NCBI GenBank assembly: GCA_013239625.1 | Contig: MU054212.1 | Location: forward strand, 7,414,270 to 7,478,269 | Source: Lama guanicoe | Taxonomy: Eukaryota | Direction of reading: 5' to 3' | DNA: 64,000 nucleotides | Shown here: positions 39,091-53,330 of the stretch, piece by piece | Position numbering within the stretch: position 1 is the stretch's first letter | How the letters are laid out: each line of letters begins with the position of its first letter | Position numbers and translations under genes: made by a program | The notes under the pieces: model-generated | What the model was told of the DNA's origin: nothing | Seen by the model: only the letters and a program-made list of their open reading frames with translations | Databases searched by the model: none

Positions 39091-40717
39091 ATGAGAATAA
39101 AAATATCCACTCAGTAGCAAATCATTGTAAGTAAATCTAGTAACTGGTAAATCCTCAGTAATGGTTCCCCCCATCCTTGTTTTGTGGCCTCTGTACAAGC
39201 AAAATGTCTTCCCTATAATGAATATTTGCTAAATAAACTACTTTAGGGCTATTTAGATGTACTTTTCTCCTATTAATTATATTTGTAGCTGATACAGATA
39301 CACGAAATATTTATGGATCTACCTAGAGCAGTTCAAAAGCCTTAGAAAAAATAAAAAATGGAAACTTTTGCCATTAAAAAGTTATCTTGCAAAAACTGAA
39401 GTTGGAAATAATACATATTGAAGTCCAGCCACATTATTAAGCTAATGCTGAAGGAATACATTCCTAAAGAAACTATCTTGCTCATAAAATACCCCAACAG
39501 AATACAGATCAAATATTCTTCCCTACAGAGCAAATAAAAAGTCCAGTAAAACTATTTTACTGTGTTTCTCAACTATTATACAATGTGCACAATGAACTCA
39601 AATTTTTAAATTAGAATAATAAATATTCATTATAATTATCTATAAGAAATATTTATATATCTGTGAAATGCTTTAATTTGGTATATACATATATATTTAC
39701 TTTTCTTTAGTTTTTATATTTATAAAATTTCTTCATGTTTGCAAATATATAATGGAAAATATATTTTTCCATAATTCCCTATTTATATTATTTTCAAATG
39801 TGATTATAACCTTTACAGAGTCTGCTCTGATAAAATAGAGGTTTGATGGTAGCTTTGCAGTAGTGAGATTATAATCAAGTCTTTCTGGGTTGGTTTACTA
39901 ATTTGTCTACCCCTTGGTGCTCATGAATTTAAGGTCATGGTTCAATATCCATTTGTGTGAGCTATTTCCCTCTCCTGCTTTGGGATATGATTACTTTAGA
40001 CATTGCCAGGCATTTTGGAGACCATGTGAGTGAGTAGATGGCTCAGCGTACACCTAGTCACACCTTCCAGCGGTGACTGTGCAAACAGCATGTTTATGAA
40101 TGATTGAAACTGATAAAAACACGCATTTTTGAATTTTCTTGGGTCTTACCTATTTGGGGCATATTTGTATAATGTTGGATGTGGTGACATCCTTATTGTA
40201 GATGTGTAACACGGTGATCTAATTAATGGTGACTTTCAAATTAGAAAAGAATGTGACTGCAATCTCAGGAGATATTTAAAAATAGTTGAATGATGAATAC
40301 AAAATGGAATTACACTCCAGGAATGAAACTGGAATTAGAAATTATACGTGGCTTAGTTTTTTCACTGGGGACATAACTGATATGGCCATTGACACTTAAC
40401 TGCTTTATCCTTGCAAAGAAATAAAATTAAACCAAAGGGACTGGCTAAGTTATTTTTATCTTATACCGCATAATTTTTACTTCTAGGCTTTGGCAAGTTT
40501 AAAAACAAAAAGTAAGTGGAAGGTAGAAAAAAGGATGGAGGGAGAATTCATTTAACACAAGGAGTGCAGAGCCTGTGGAAAATTGTGGGGTTTGAACCTC
40601 AAGGCCAGTCTCTTCAAAATGGGAGTAACTGAGTCATGAGTTCACAACCAAGGAATAGATCTGAGAATGTTATGATTCTCATTCCTGTATTCAAATCCTA
40701 GACTAGTGTGTCCATAG

Positions 40718-41442
40718 CAGTGCTTCTCAAAGAGAATATTAATGACTCCTAGGGGACACTTGGAAAATATTCATCCTGTGATAAAGGCATGAAGTGGGTG
40801 GGGGACCAGCTTATCGGAACCTCTGACATGTTCCAGGCAGTTCCAATTGACTAAGAATTGTCCCTGTTTCCCTGTAAATTTTTAAAAGTCCCGCTGGATA
40901 TTTCTGTAGGTCAAAGCCTCAACGGAATTTCTGAGCCTAAAGTTTAATTGCATTTTAAGTGTAAATACAAAGTTTTTTGTGCACGCTATGAAATATATGT
41001 TGAATTGTCTTAGGAAAACGCTACCAGGTAAATCAAGGCACTGCTGTGCTCTGTTTTGTTTGGAACTTTACCAATAGTTTTTCACCATTGGGAAAGTTCA
41101 TGCCACCAAATGCTATGAGCTGCCCCGACATACACGTATCAGAGGATAGTTGTGGCTGTTGCTTCCTCATTGATCTGAGGGACAGGGACAAGCTCCTTAT
41201 GACTTCCTTGTGTCTTCTAGTGATGTGGAATCCTGATATTCCCAAAGTACATGTTCTTTAATTATACATTACTTGTTAAATAAATAATATATTATTTATA
41301 TTAAAATAAAGACATTATATATATTTAAGTTGTGAGCATAATTTATGTTAACTATAAATTGTATTTTAGGATCAAAACTGGGACATTTCACGGTGTTTAT
41401 CATAAAAAGACACACTATGTTTGAGAGGTTTAGGAACCACTG
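40718..41442 (+). mobile_element. hAT-Charlie non-autonomous element (MER20B-like)
   Basis: Charlie-type inverted termini cagtgcttctcaaa ... tttaggaaccactg, 725 bp apart; internal ggggacacttggaaaat and aagaattgtcc are MER20-family-like. Confidence 0.65.
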
Positions 41443-41599
41443 GTTAAGAATCAAAGATTCCTAGAAGTTAAAATGAGCCTTAAATAGGTATATGTTTATA
41501 AAACAAGCAAAATTCCTTATTTTTATATGAATAAGGTAGATATTAAGGGCATGGACCTGATGAATATCAAAAGCTTCAAAAACTTGGCTGGTTTTTGAC

Positions 41600-41960
41600 T
41601 CAGTTCTCATGATTTATCCTGAAGAAATAATTGGCAAGACACCTTTTTCATAGAAAAGTATGGTAGAAAAAAAAACCAAAATCAACAATAATTTAGAAAA
41701 CACTACATGATGGAGTATTAATTGGCTTTTTAAAAAAAACTATAAGCTTATAGTGACACAGTAAATATTCACAGCATTAAGCTACATGGAGGAACACAAT
41801 GTGATGCTATGTTCCTTTTTAAAACAGCACATTGTGCATAGAAAAAGCAGTATGAGGAATTATACTATAAAACCAAATGGCGGAATTACGATTAAATTGT
41901 ATTTCTTCTTTCTACATTTCTCTATTTCCCAAATTATCAAAAATAAGCCTGTTTGTCTGA
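41600..41960 (+). mobile_element. L1ME-like 3' end fragment
   Basis: atttatcctgaagaaataattgg ... ttcttctttctacatttctctatttccca; diverged. Confidence 0.4.
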
Positions 41961-44754
41961 AAAGATTTTTTTTTAATTTTACTATAAACATGATTTTAAA
42001 AAGCACAAGGATTAGATCCAAGTGGGGCTCCAGCCTGAGCACCTCTGACCTCAGAGCTCTAAGCCTTCGTGTCTCCACTTCATTAAAAGCCAAGACTGTT
42101 ACTCAAAATAGGCTTGTAAACCCCCCTCGCACAGGGTTGCACCCATCAGTATTTCTGCTGCTGTTAATGCCATGATTAATGAGGAAAGTAAGTCCCACTG
42201 CAGTTAGGTGACTTGAGGAGTATATTCCATCTCAATTGTTTAAAATTATACCTGTTACAGAGGAAACATAATGGATTCCAAGAACTACTCTAGATGGTAC
42301 TTTGTTTCTCTTCCATAGTGTATTTTCTCCCTTGGATGAAGGGCGAAGCTGAGACACATGCTGGAACACCCAAAGGTACAGTTGTTTTTCTCCAACGTAC
42401 TTTATATAAGAAAGACAAATGCTAAATAAATAATGAATAAAAATGGGGAGAACTGACAGCACGGGTATGGGAGTGTGGGCTGGAAGGTCACAGAACTAGG
42501 TTTCAAGCCATATCTCACTTACTATCGCAATGTTTACATTTAAGCGTAAAATCATATTGAAAAATGTTTCTCTCGGTTATGCGATTGTGAAAGCTTACAC
42601 ATGTAACCCAAATGACATAAAAATACAGCAGGAAATACAAAAGAAAAGCCGCCTGTTTCAAAACCGTCTTGACGGTGGTGTATTAGACAGTCTTCAAATG
42701 CATTACAACAACATAAAATGTCTGTATTAAAATTGCCAGCATGCTGGTGTGGCTCTAGTCTCACCCTTTATAGCTCCAATTATGTTTCTCACAATTATGT
42801 GCCCACTCAGTGAGACCCTACAGAGCAAAGGAAAAGTCATGAAGAGATACAGGTGGCAGCGAATTCACCAGTACTACAGAAAACACAGTAGCGGGAGCTC
42901 GGGGCTTACGAAATATTTTTAGGTCTTGGGCCAGTGGTTTCCTGCTGGTTTACTAACAGTGATTTTCTTTTGTAACTTAGCAATGCATCAGTTTTCAGTA
43001 TTTTCTCCTCCTGCTTCCTCACCTTTTATGATTGTCACAAGCAACTAACACACCATTTCCCCTTTTCCCCGATGGTGTTCTTTTCAACAGAGTCAAAGGC
43101 ACTACATCACAGCCTAGCACTGATGTCCCATCTGCCCCAGTCACTGCAAAAACTGTCACCCAGCACTCACGCTGCGTCGTCCTTTCTGAGGGCTGGATCT
43201 GCTGTGATGACGGCTGAGGAAGCCCTTAACCATTGCTGTTGTGTGACTTCCGTCTAGAAAACTACAAGCTAATTTGACTGCAAGAACTGAACAGAGAAAA
43301 CAAACCAAAGAAACCCTCCCATGATTCAGAAACTTCACAAGCCTACGAGTAACACACGCGTCGTCCTTCAAAAACAACAACACATACACGCCAGTGGCAG
43401 ATCCATCACTCACAAGGGGCTGGTTCTAACCTCTCACTTTCTGCCTCTGTGTCTCAGGTTGAATGACTTGTCCCCTAAAACACTGAGGCCTATTTGTTTT
43501 TAAGGAATTAGTAATGATACAACATCTAAATAAGAAAGACCGAGAAAAAGATCATCTTTTCATTTGAGCGTGCCATAGAATTTATACATGTGAAGTCTGA
43601 CTTTGCCCATCTTTTTGAACTGTCCAAGTGAGAGTGTCCGAGGTAACATAAAAATTCCAGACTTTTCTGCTGAAAGGGAAGAAAAGCTGACTACATTCCA
43701 TAATGCGTTCGGGCTGGACCTCAGCTCTGTGTCATCTGATTGCCGACGAGGCCGTGGGCTGCTGCCCTCGCCCCTGGCTGAGGCTGCAGGACAAGTGTGG
43801 GGTGGAAAAGCTTTTCTTCCCTTCTTTGAAGCTCATTGGTTCACGAAAAACATGGGCTAACAATTTAGTCTCCTCATCCCAGCCTCAATGAGAAAAGTGA
43901 AGCACCTAGATCACCTGTTGCAAAAATAGTTTAAAAAGTCAGAATATAGCGTTCTTTATGTGGAACACTTCATATTGTTGTAATTATAATTTAGTTGTAT
44001 TATTATGGATAATTAAGAAACAGGGATAGAGAGAAAAAGAAAACAGAGAAAGACATTCCAGACATGAGAAGAAGAGACAGGCAGATGCAAATAAATCAAG
44101 GGAAAAACTGAGTGAAACATCAGTGAACAATGCACAAAAAAGTACTTATCCACACCACGTGGGTACACAGCCTTGGAAACGAGATGCAGGAAGATGAAAC
44201 TTGATGGTTATACAGTAAATGACGTATTAATGAAAAAGTAAGCGCAGGTTATAGATTTTCATTATTTTATATCCCCGTTTTATGGCTTTCTAGTCTTTCA
44301 AAGTTACACTGTGTTTTCCCCATTCCCTGTCTAATCTATCAACACTGGGCAGTAGACCAGAGGAAATTAAAAGAGGTTCATTTTCACCCCAAAAGAACGC
44401 AATCAGGTCACTATCATCAATGATCAGGTAAATTTCCAAAACCACTGTAAATGATCAGTGAGAGCCTCTTACTTAAATAAGTCATTAACCTTCAAATTGG
44501 ATACGAAAGAGAATTATAACTCATTAATTTTACAACTGTCTGTTTTTCATCGGAGAAAATTTTTGTCCTTACAACACCACTGATCTCACGAACCTGCATT
44601 TTCAAGCTTACATTCATACCACAAAGACAGAAAAACGCTATCTCTGTGTACTGCAAACCCATGGCAGAGACTCCGCTCTCGTGCATAAATCAGATGAATT
44701 TCGCTGCATCTGCAATACAGTCAGTGGTCACCCGCCCCCGCGACTCCCCAGTAC

Positions 44755-44868
44755 CTGCTGTCTATCCAGGCGCATCCTCTTGGCGGCATTCCTACTCTCA
44801 CTCTCACAGGCTGAAGCCAAGATACTCTCTGCAACTGCTGAGGTAAGGTGGGAAGGAATAGGTCGAGA
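44755..44868 (-). CDS. NOL4: NOL4 internal coding exon, 114 nt, phase 0/0 ([38 protein letters not shown]); probably exon 9
   Basis: Read manually from the reverse complement and absent from the ORF track. Acceptor tctctctctttttcttttag|TCT and donor CAG|gtactg; 38 codons that bridge the flanking exons in frame. Confidence 0.95.
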
Positions 44869-47800
44869 CTAAAAGAAAAAGAGAGAGAGAAAAACCATGA
44901 CAAAATTATTAACAGCATCACTGACAGACCGATGCTATCCCCAGAAGATCTCATAGGACGTGCAGGAGAAACCGTTCACTTCAAGAGAACTTATTCCGAT
45001 AGAAAGAGGAAATGGAAATTGCAGAGATGAATCATGAAAGCTAGTTAGAGGCTCAGGCTGGAGCTGCTGCCCAGCTCCGTCACTCATTCCCAGGGCTCCG
45101 TTAGGGTTTCGTCTGGGCCACCGAGCTGGAGTTTGAACTGGCAGTGGCCAGACTGCTGACCGCGTTTCGCAAATAAAACAAGCCCTCTAATTTTTTTTTT
45201 TAATAACGTGACAATGCACGAAACAAAACAGAAACAAGTGACAGGGCTGAAACAGCTGGAAAAACTGACAGACACTCAGACCATGTCAAACAATCATAAT
45301 ATGGAAATACTATGAATATTCACAGCCTAAGTTGTGACACAATTGATGTGATTAAAAACTTAAAAAAAAATCCTTACTTTAGCTTAAATATAAAGTAAAA
45401 AGTTAGTCCTAAAACAATGTTGATGTAACAAAAGTTCGGTGTTTTAGACATGAGATGTATGTTGCCTACATGTTTTGTTCTATTTGTAAAATACGAGTTA
45501 ATATTATTAACCTAACAGGTACATGCTGGGAATCCACCTCCTATGGAGCCCACATAGGAATTAATTAACCCCCCAACTAAGCTCCTCATTCACTACAGAT
45601 TGTTTGTGATTCTCCCTACCATTTCTGATCATCAGGAAAGTTTGCCATTTTTTCCCCATAATTACGTGCAAAGTCATCTAACTGAAAGACGAAGTATTTA
45701 ACGACATGTTTTTTTTTTTAATGAAGATAAGCAAACAATAGAAGTAACGTAAAAATTAAACTAGATGAGATAGCAAAATAGGAAATTACAAGATTCTTTT
45801 AAGAATCTAGCACACACAGTGAGTGGCATGCTACTTGGGGGTTTTCAAAGTCTGAGTCCAAAATATGCAGGGATGCTATACAAACTTAAGGCCTCCAAAT
45901 TAATAGAGATCTTTTCATCGTCTTTTGTTAAGGAACGTGAGTTTGCCTTTATTGTACTTGATTCATTCTGCTTACTCTGGCACATAAAATGCGCTTTAGC
46001 GAACTGAACCATCGCATTTATATCTCACACAGTATTCTAGAACAGCTAAATTCAGACCACAGTTTTTTTTTCACAGAGACTCCTCGGTGGAATCTGAGCA
46101 GTTTAAACAAAGTCCAGGCTTTGACCTTACTTGAACTAGGAAGCAATTTCTGCTGCTGCCTCAGCCAACTTCCCCAAGCTCCTAGCTTCCAAGTACCCTC
46201 TGCAGACCAGAGGTGGGAAAGACGGTGCGGTCTCCACCTGCAAACCCTGTGGGATGATGGAAATGATGGCTAGATAATTTTGACAATAAAGCATTAGAAT
46301 GTTTGGAATGTTATTTTTTTTGTCAAAGAATGAGAAGAGAGGCCTCTGAGGTAGCAGGAAGAATGCAACAAAAACGTTCTGAGAAGGAAATTACAAAGCC
46401 AGGACTGCATGCTGGGAACAGAGAGGAGGGTCAATGAGGTACACATAAAAAAACTAAAAGTTGCCTTTAAGGTGTATATATAATTTCAAAGTGCATATTG
46501 CGTCTTCATTTCATTCTGTACTTCACTAAATACGAATAAGATCTTCTAGCTCAGAACTGAAAATACATTAAACTACACAAATCAGTGTTTCATTAAAAGA
46601 TGGCCACGGTGTGGCTCAAAATTATAATCTAAACCCCATGGGAAGTGGGGACATGATGTCCTTCTCAATTGAATTATGTTGTGAGACTAAGGTATTATAG
46701 GAAAAATAGGAATAAGAAGAGTCCCTTGTGAAAAGAGAAAAATTATTTATTTGTAGCTAGCATTATTCAAACAAAGTGAGAGCTCACACCTTTGTAAGCT
46801 ACATCATTAGACCCTTTATCTGGCTCTAGGGACTGAATTAACAGAAGCTAAATATCAGTGGCCTCCATTTCTTTATCTAATTATTGATAAACACCCGTAA
46901 TTCAGAGACATATTTCTGTTCTCTGTTATTTTTATTCTCTCTCTTTGTCTGGCATCTCTATTCCAAATTAGGAATATATAAAGCTGTGGAACTTTATTAA
47001 GCTGATTAAATTGTAGTAATAAACACACAAATTCCTTAAACGCCTGAAAGTTTGTTGAACAGAGAGAGCACAAGGTAAAAAATATCTCTTTAATTAAACT
47101 AAGTTGGTAGCGTTTCCTTTCAAATTCTTTTTTAATATTTAAAAACAAAATGTAAAATGACTTTTACCAAGAAGTTGTTGTGCATAATAATTTACATAGT
47201 TTCCTTTTTGGAGAAAATTACAGAGTTGGATTTTTTTCCGGATATATTTAATTGGTCTTGTCAGAAACCAGAATAATGTCCTGGCTGAGTGGAGCTAGAT
47301 ATTTTTTAAGGTCATTGGATAACCTAATTATTTCAAGATTTGGGGGGAAAAAAAATCAAACTTTAAGATAAAGCCATCCTGCACTCTTTCCTAGGAAGTG
47401 GGAAAAATGAACAGAAACAAAGATGTACGATTAGACATGGCCAGAAGTTAAACAGTATCATTTTGAAAATAGAGTTGTTCTGAGTTTATTACAGAATCAT
47501 AATCTGGTAACTGTAAATGGTCATATAAATCAGCCCGAGTTTCTAAAGTCTGAAGGATCTTTCGTTTAAGGACAAACTGAGTTAGATATAGAAGCCAGGT
47601 TTCTTGACTTAGCGCTTTTACATCACTTACTGTTAATAATATAAAATATTTTAGGGAAAAACCCTTACATACAAAAACTGTTGGCCAGCTAAAATAAAAA
47701 CAGACCACAGACAGCCCTTTACAGGGCTGTATTGCAATTATATAATTCAATCATGATTCAAGTTCATTGGAGAAAAGGGCAGAATGAATGAATAAAACCT

Positions 47801-47929
47801 GTATGACAGCTTAATAGATGTGTATGTGCTTTTCAAAGAATTTGCAATATCCTAAATACAGAATAAAATACATACCCCCAAGAAGAAAACTAGTTCTGTT
47901 CAGCCTAAGGTAATTTTAAGACGAATGTT

Positions 47930-48110
47930 AATAATACTTAACTCACACTGAGTGATTAAATGTTCAGGCATTAACACAAAAATCTTCGATTTGTTATCTA
48001 ACTGATTCTTCCAAAAAAAAAAAAAACCTTTGATAAAAGTACTTATCACTCATTTTGAAGAAAAAACAAATTAAAGTCCTATACGATTTGCCCAAGATCA
48101 TACAGGTATG
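47930..48110 (-). mobile_element. MIR SINE
   Basis: tatcactcattttgaagaaaaaacaaatt...gatttgcccaagatcatacag. Confidence 0.55.
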
Positions 48111-50019
48111 AATGCGGAAATACCTGAATTCATATTTATGTCTGATGATAAACTGGGAATAGTAATCCCTGGTAAAGTTTATTTTCCTTTTACAACTAAG
48201 GCCTCAGTGAGTGTAAAGAAAGTTACGGATCTTAAGTATTACGCATTCCTACAGAGGAAGACACTGACAGCGAACTCCATTTTGCATTTAAGCAAAGAGT
48301 ATATTAGGATCTTCCTAAAATCCTTCTCTTAAAGTGCTCGAAATCCTCCCAATATATTTTCCTATTGATTCTTTAAAACACTTCTTTATTGATAGAACAA
48401 CAATAAAATGGAACTTTTGTGAGTTCCATCACGTGTTCTAAACAGATGCAATCTAAAGTCACAAGATTTTCACGCTGTAGCAGCCAGAAGGGCCAAGAAA
48501 TGACTGTCCATAAAACCCATAACACAGCTTAGTCTCACGTCCAGAGTGAGAACGAGGAGCCAGGCGTAGGAAAGTTCTTTCTCTCCTGTGAGGCAGTCCT
48601 GGTACAAATCCCCTTGGTTCTAATATCACCGAGCCAGTGATCAGCCCACACAGAGCTCAGTTATGCTGTGCCTGGTTACAGGAGACTCAATACAAAAGGT
48701 TTTTGCTTACTTTTCCTCCATAATTTGGCTACTATCTACTTCACAGCTTAAAAGTACTTAGACCAAGATAGTGAATTAATCCATTTTGCTCCTTATAAAA
48801 GCACTTTTACCACAGAGAAATTTAAAACAATGATTTAGTACGAGTTTTCAGAACCACCTTCACGGGAACTCTCCTTCCCCGCGTTAACAGCAGAGAGCTT
48901 CCTTTCGTAGCACTGCCTTAATGTCTTCCTGGCAATGCGCTCAGGGCTTCCAGCAGGGGATAAATACTGAAGATCCCCTCTTACACCAGTAACAGTGACC
49001 ATAAGACACAAACTCTTCCATTGTAGTAACTTGAGATAATACTATTGCAACAACAGAATCAAATGCAGAGAATTCAATAGATAATTTATGAAAAACAACA
49101 CTTCTGATTGAATGTGGCTCAGTGAGCATACTACTCAGTGTATACCTTAGACGATTTAAAAATGATTCAAAAATGTACATAATCTCACACTCTACATGAT
49201 CTATATACCAAGATTGAGATTTGTTACCTATTTCTTTCCTGGATGTGAGATATTGCTAACTAGCCCACATTAATTATCTCTTCATAATTAACTGTCATTC
49301 TTAACTGGGATGAGCTGATCTTCCCCCAGCACTGTTCTTATTGTAATAATTATCCAAGCCCAAATCATTGGTGCGTGTTTCATTAAACAGATGGCTAAAC
49401 AGTCACATGGAGATGGTGGAGTTTAAAAGTCACATTTTAATTGGGGATTTGAGATGTGATTGCTGCTGGCACAATGTAAATGTGTCTTTCCTTCTATGTG
49501 CATGTAAAACCTTCCATCAAACCAACAAACTACTCCGGTTTTGGTCTCCTGAACTTTTATTATACATTTAGGATGCTGCAGGGTTGTTTGTCTGTTTTTA
49601 TAATTATAAAAAAAGTAAAAAGAAATCACGAACATAAGCTTTTGTTCATGGGTTAACTTGCTGATGCTCTGGAGTCCAGTGTTTAAGTATAGCTTAATCA
49701 CGCCAGATCGGGAGCAATTGTGACACCCAACCCGAGATTTTTAAGTAGAATGCATTTTTTTTCAAAATAATGAAAACAAATGATTCAGTTTTGGTAGGGC
49801 CCTAAATTAACGTGATTTCTTCTAATCCTGTTATTTTATAAAATACATAATTTCAGAATTTTGCAGCTTGGATGATATGCATATCTTATGACTCCCCCCA
49901 AATGGTGTATCTATGCTGGAACACAAAATTGTTACAGTGTGAAAAACTGCAGCTCCTGAGGGACACCCCGTCTATGGACCAGGTAGCTTCATTTGTAGAC
50001 ACCAGTGAAATAAAGTGAC

Positions 50020-50230
50020 AGTTCAGCAACTAAGTCAGACAGACCTGGATGCTACTGTGTAATCAGCTACCTGCAATCTGCTCTTTAATCCCTCTGAGCC
50101 TCACTCATTCTGCCAAATATCATTATTTCTATTTTTATGAATAGCAAAACTGATGTTCAGCCAATAAACTATGAATAGGAAAAATAATCTATCACGGGGC
50201 AGTTGTTAGAATTCCATGAAGTAAGGTACA
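50020..50230 (+). mobile_element. MIR SINE, interrupted
   Basis: aagtcagacagacctgg...tttaatccctctgagcctca...tcacggggcagttgttagaatt. Confidence 0.55.
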
Positions 50231-50422
50231 TCAAGTTACAAGTTTATTCAAGAAATATACTTAATGAGCACTTATGTTAGGAACTGTATCAAGCCCAAAG
50301 ATACAGAGATAGATTCAACACTGTCTCTGTTATCAAGGAGTTTACAAGTTAGTACAGTGCCTAGCACACAGGATATAATACACACGTAATGAAACGTGTT
50401 TATTGTGGATTCAACCTTTTGT

Positions 50423-50528
50423 CAGCAAAACATTCTCTGACATAATCTTAGCAATGTTCTCCTAGAGCAGTCTACCCAGGCAATGGAGATAAGAGCAAAA
50501 ATAAACAAATGGGACCTAGTTAAACTCA
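50423..50528 (+). mobile_element. Isolated ~105-bp internal L1 ORF2 fragment
   Basis: gcaaaacattctctgacataatcttagcaatgttctcctagagcagtctacccaggcaatggagataagagcaaaaataaacaaatgggacctagttaaact encodes the ORF2 motif AKINKWDLVKL. Confidence 0.8.
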
Positions 50529-50649
50529 TTATAATGTTTTTAAAACTGAAATACCAACTACAGAGTTCTGTGGAACACAGAGCACATAATACACACTGGC
50601 TTACCATCCAATTAATTTCCGCTACAAAGTAGCACATTGGTAAATGTCC

Positions 50650-50950
50650 ACTCATTCACTCATCTTTCATTCAACAACTTCAATTCAATTGAATTGAACA
50701 TGGACCGAGCAGCTTTCCCGAGCACCTAGTGGTACTGTCTAAGACACAGCGGATGATACAGAGATGAACAAGTTAAGCACAGCAGGTCAAGGAACAGAAC
50801 TGCTTATTAGGGTGCTAAGGCTCATAAAGAAATAACAGGAATATAAGACAGGATAAAATAAAACTATGAAAGTACCACAAAGTACAGTTTGCACATGGAA
50901 GAAAGAAAGATCTAAGGCTGCTCTTAGCTAGAAGTGGGTTGTCAATAGCT
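50650..50950 (-). mobile_element. L2 LINE 3' fragment
   Basis: cactcattcactcatctttcattcaacaa tail ... gatacagagatgaacaag. Confidence 0.55.
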
Positions 50951-51429
50951 AAAGACATACTTGACTTTTGTCCTCCAAGGAGTCCAGCAGCTTGAGGCAG
51001 CAAGGGTTTCCTGGCGAGCAGTGGAACACACTTTCAGATTAGATCGCCTTTTACCATGTTCCTCAGACACCAGGTACTTGCTATGCAGGAGTTTTTATAT
51101 TTGTTATTTCAAGTGTTGCTGGTTTTCATGTATACGATACGTGTGATTTGTTCCCATTTTTCCCATGAAAGGGATCCAGAGTTCAGGGATACAAGGTCAC
51201 AACTGATGAAACATGGCTGAGAACCAAGACCCATTGACGAAAACCAAGGTGCTTTTCTTCAGGTTTGCTCAGCAATGCTGCTAATTTTCCAGTGACTCCT
51301 TCTAGTGTGTTTCCATCTTCACAGAGCACCTTTTAGGTCCCCCAGAGACAGCCTGTGAGTGGTCATCTCAGTAGCTGTTTGAAGCATCCTTCTCTTTCTC
51401 GCTCTGGAGGTACAGTTTAGCGGGGTGCA

Positions 51430-52300
51430 GGTGTGTCAATTAAAAGCAGTTTCTCTAAAAAAATTTTGAAGACCTTTTTTGCTTAATACTTTGAAGACTG
51501 TCTTCTGACATCTATGTTGAGGACAAGAATTGTGTTCAGTCTATTTTTCTGTTTGGGATAATTTCTTGTTTCTTCTGGAAGACATTTAAGAATCTCTTGG
51601 GTCTGCTGTAAGTTTTCCTAATGAACAAAGGTGTGGATTTGTTTTTATTTGTACTGCTCAGAACTGGTCTATTTCTCTGTACCTAGTATCCGTGGTCTAA
51701 TCAATTCTGAAATAATCTTCCTCCTCATTTGCTTGAATGTTGTCCTTCTTCTAACTTCTCCTTTGGAATGTCCATTACATCTATAACTTTCTATTCCTCA
51801 AGTTAACTTTTTTCCCTCAAATTCTCCTTCTCTATTTTCTTTCTGTGAATAATTTCCATAGTTCTCTGTTCCAGTTTTTCAATTTTCTCTTTGGTTGAAT
51901 CATCTTATCTGCTATTTAACCCATCTAGTAAGGTTTTAATTCCAAAATTTGTAATGCTTATCATTTAGTTTTTTGAAGTTGTAATTTGATGTTTTTTCTT
52001 CCCCTTTAATGGAAGAGTAATCCTTCCACGGTCCAAGCTTTATATACAGTTCTCCACTCATGTTTCTGCCTAGTCCCAAACCAAAATCCACATCTCCTCA
52101 ACTTGAGCTGGCATTTGAATCCCATCCATGATCTGTTTGGGCTTAAGTTTACTTTTTCTATCTTCCTAGTCTATTACTGTATCAAATTAAGGGCTATGAG
52201 TCTTTTTTCCCCCATTAATTTTAAGGCTTAGGAATTTGTTTTTTTTCCAACTTATTTATATATCTTAAAAATGTTATATTTCACTCAGGATTTGCCTGTA
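51430..52300 (-). mobile_element. Ancient L1/HAL1-like fragment
   Basis: T-rich antisense L1-like: ggtgtggatttgtttttatttgtactgct, tcaattctgaaata and tctgctatttaacccatcta. Confidence 0.5.
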
Positions 52301-53236
52301 TTTGTAGAGGGAAGGGAGCAACATGTGTGAGGGGTATTCTGCAAGAATCCGGTCAACATTTTGCTAAAACTAAAAGATCCATTGATGAGTAAATCTGACA
52401 ACCATGATGGCTATGTTCTTTACACTTCTGTATCTATACACTATATTAAAAATTCTTCAACTTTAATACATTTAGTAACTCAAGAGAGAACAGTACCCAT
52501 GAACCCTAAGTCAGGGAAAGTCAGTGGACCAAGACAGCACACACCGAAGGAAGGAGCAGCAGTCCTGCGTGATAACTGAAGGCACTAAAGGAAATGATTG
52601 AGCATATTCGCAGGGTAGGAAGAGGCCAGATTACATGTAAAACATTTTATTTTACATTATCACATGTAATAGTAATACCTCAACAGCCCTCTCCTTTAGA
52701 AAAATGGAGACTCAGAAACATCACATAGGACTATGTTTTAAAAAGCCATACCCTAACATACAATTTGTGAATACAAAATAACCTTTCAGGAAACCTGGCA
52801 AAGAAAGATGGACTCACTGAGTCTTCGAAGAAAGACTGTAGGGGAGAATTTAAAAGATTATATATATTTTTGGAATCAGGGGACTTTTTTTTAAGGCAGA
52901 AGAGACAAAAAGGGAAAACTCAGTGGAAAGGGAAAACTGAAAATGTGACTGTTGAGATGGTCGATGGAGCAACGTTCTGAAGGAGGACAGATGACAGGGG
53001 AGCAGAGGCAGCAGCCTAGCCAGAGTTGATAAGCCCAGGACACTTCCGCTGTAAAGACAGCAGGGAGTACTTGAAATACATTAGATGACTGCAAAAATTT
53101 GTAATATTGCTTGTGCAGGCTCTCTGAGTGATAGTAAAGACTAAAGTAGATCCATGCTAATAATGACTAAAGCAAAATCGAGATGCAGATCAGTGAAACT
53201 GAGAAAGAGAAAGAACTGTGAGTTCAGATTAGATAT

Positions 53237-53330
53237 TGAAGGTGGGGTGGAGCTCAGTGGCAGAGTGTGTGCTTGGCATGCTCGAGGTCCTGGGTTCAAT
53301 CCCCAATACCTCTGTTTAAAAAAAGAAAAA
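53237..53330 (+). mobile_element. tRNA-derived SINE, camelid vic-1-like, short form, with TSD
   Basis: ggtggggtggagctcagtggcagagtg (A box)...gaggtcctgggttcaatccccaatacctc (B box), A-tail; perfect 11-bp TSD agattagatat at 53226-53236 and 53331-53341. Confidence 0.9.

Noticed and set aside
53237..53330. tRNA gene (A/B boxes; also at 29951)
   Set aside because: An A-rich tail, TSDs and no intact cloverleaf indicate tRNA-derived SINEs.
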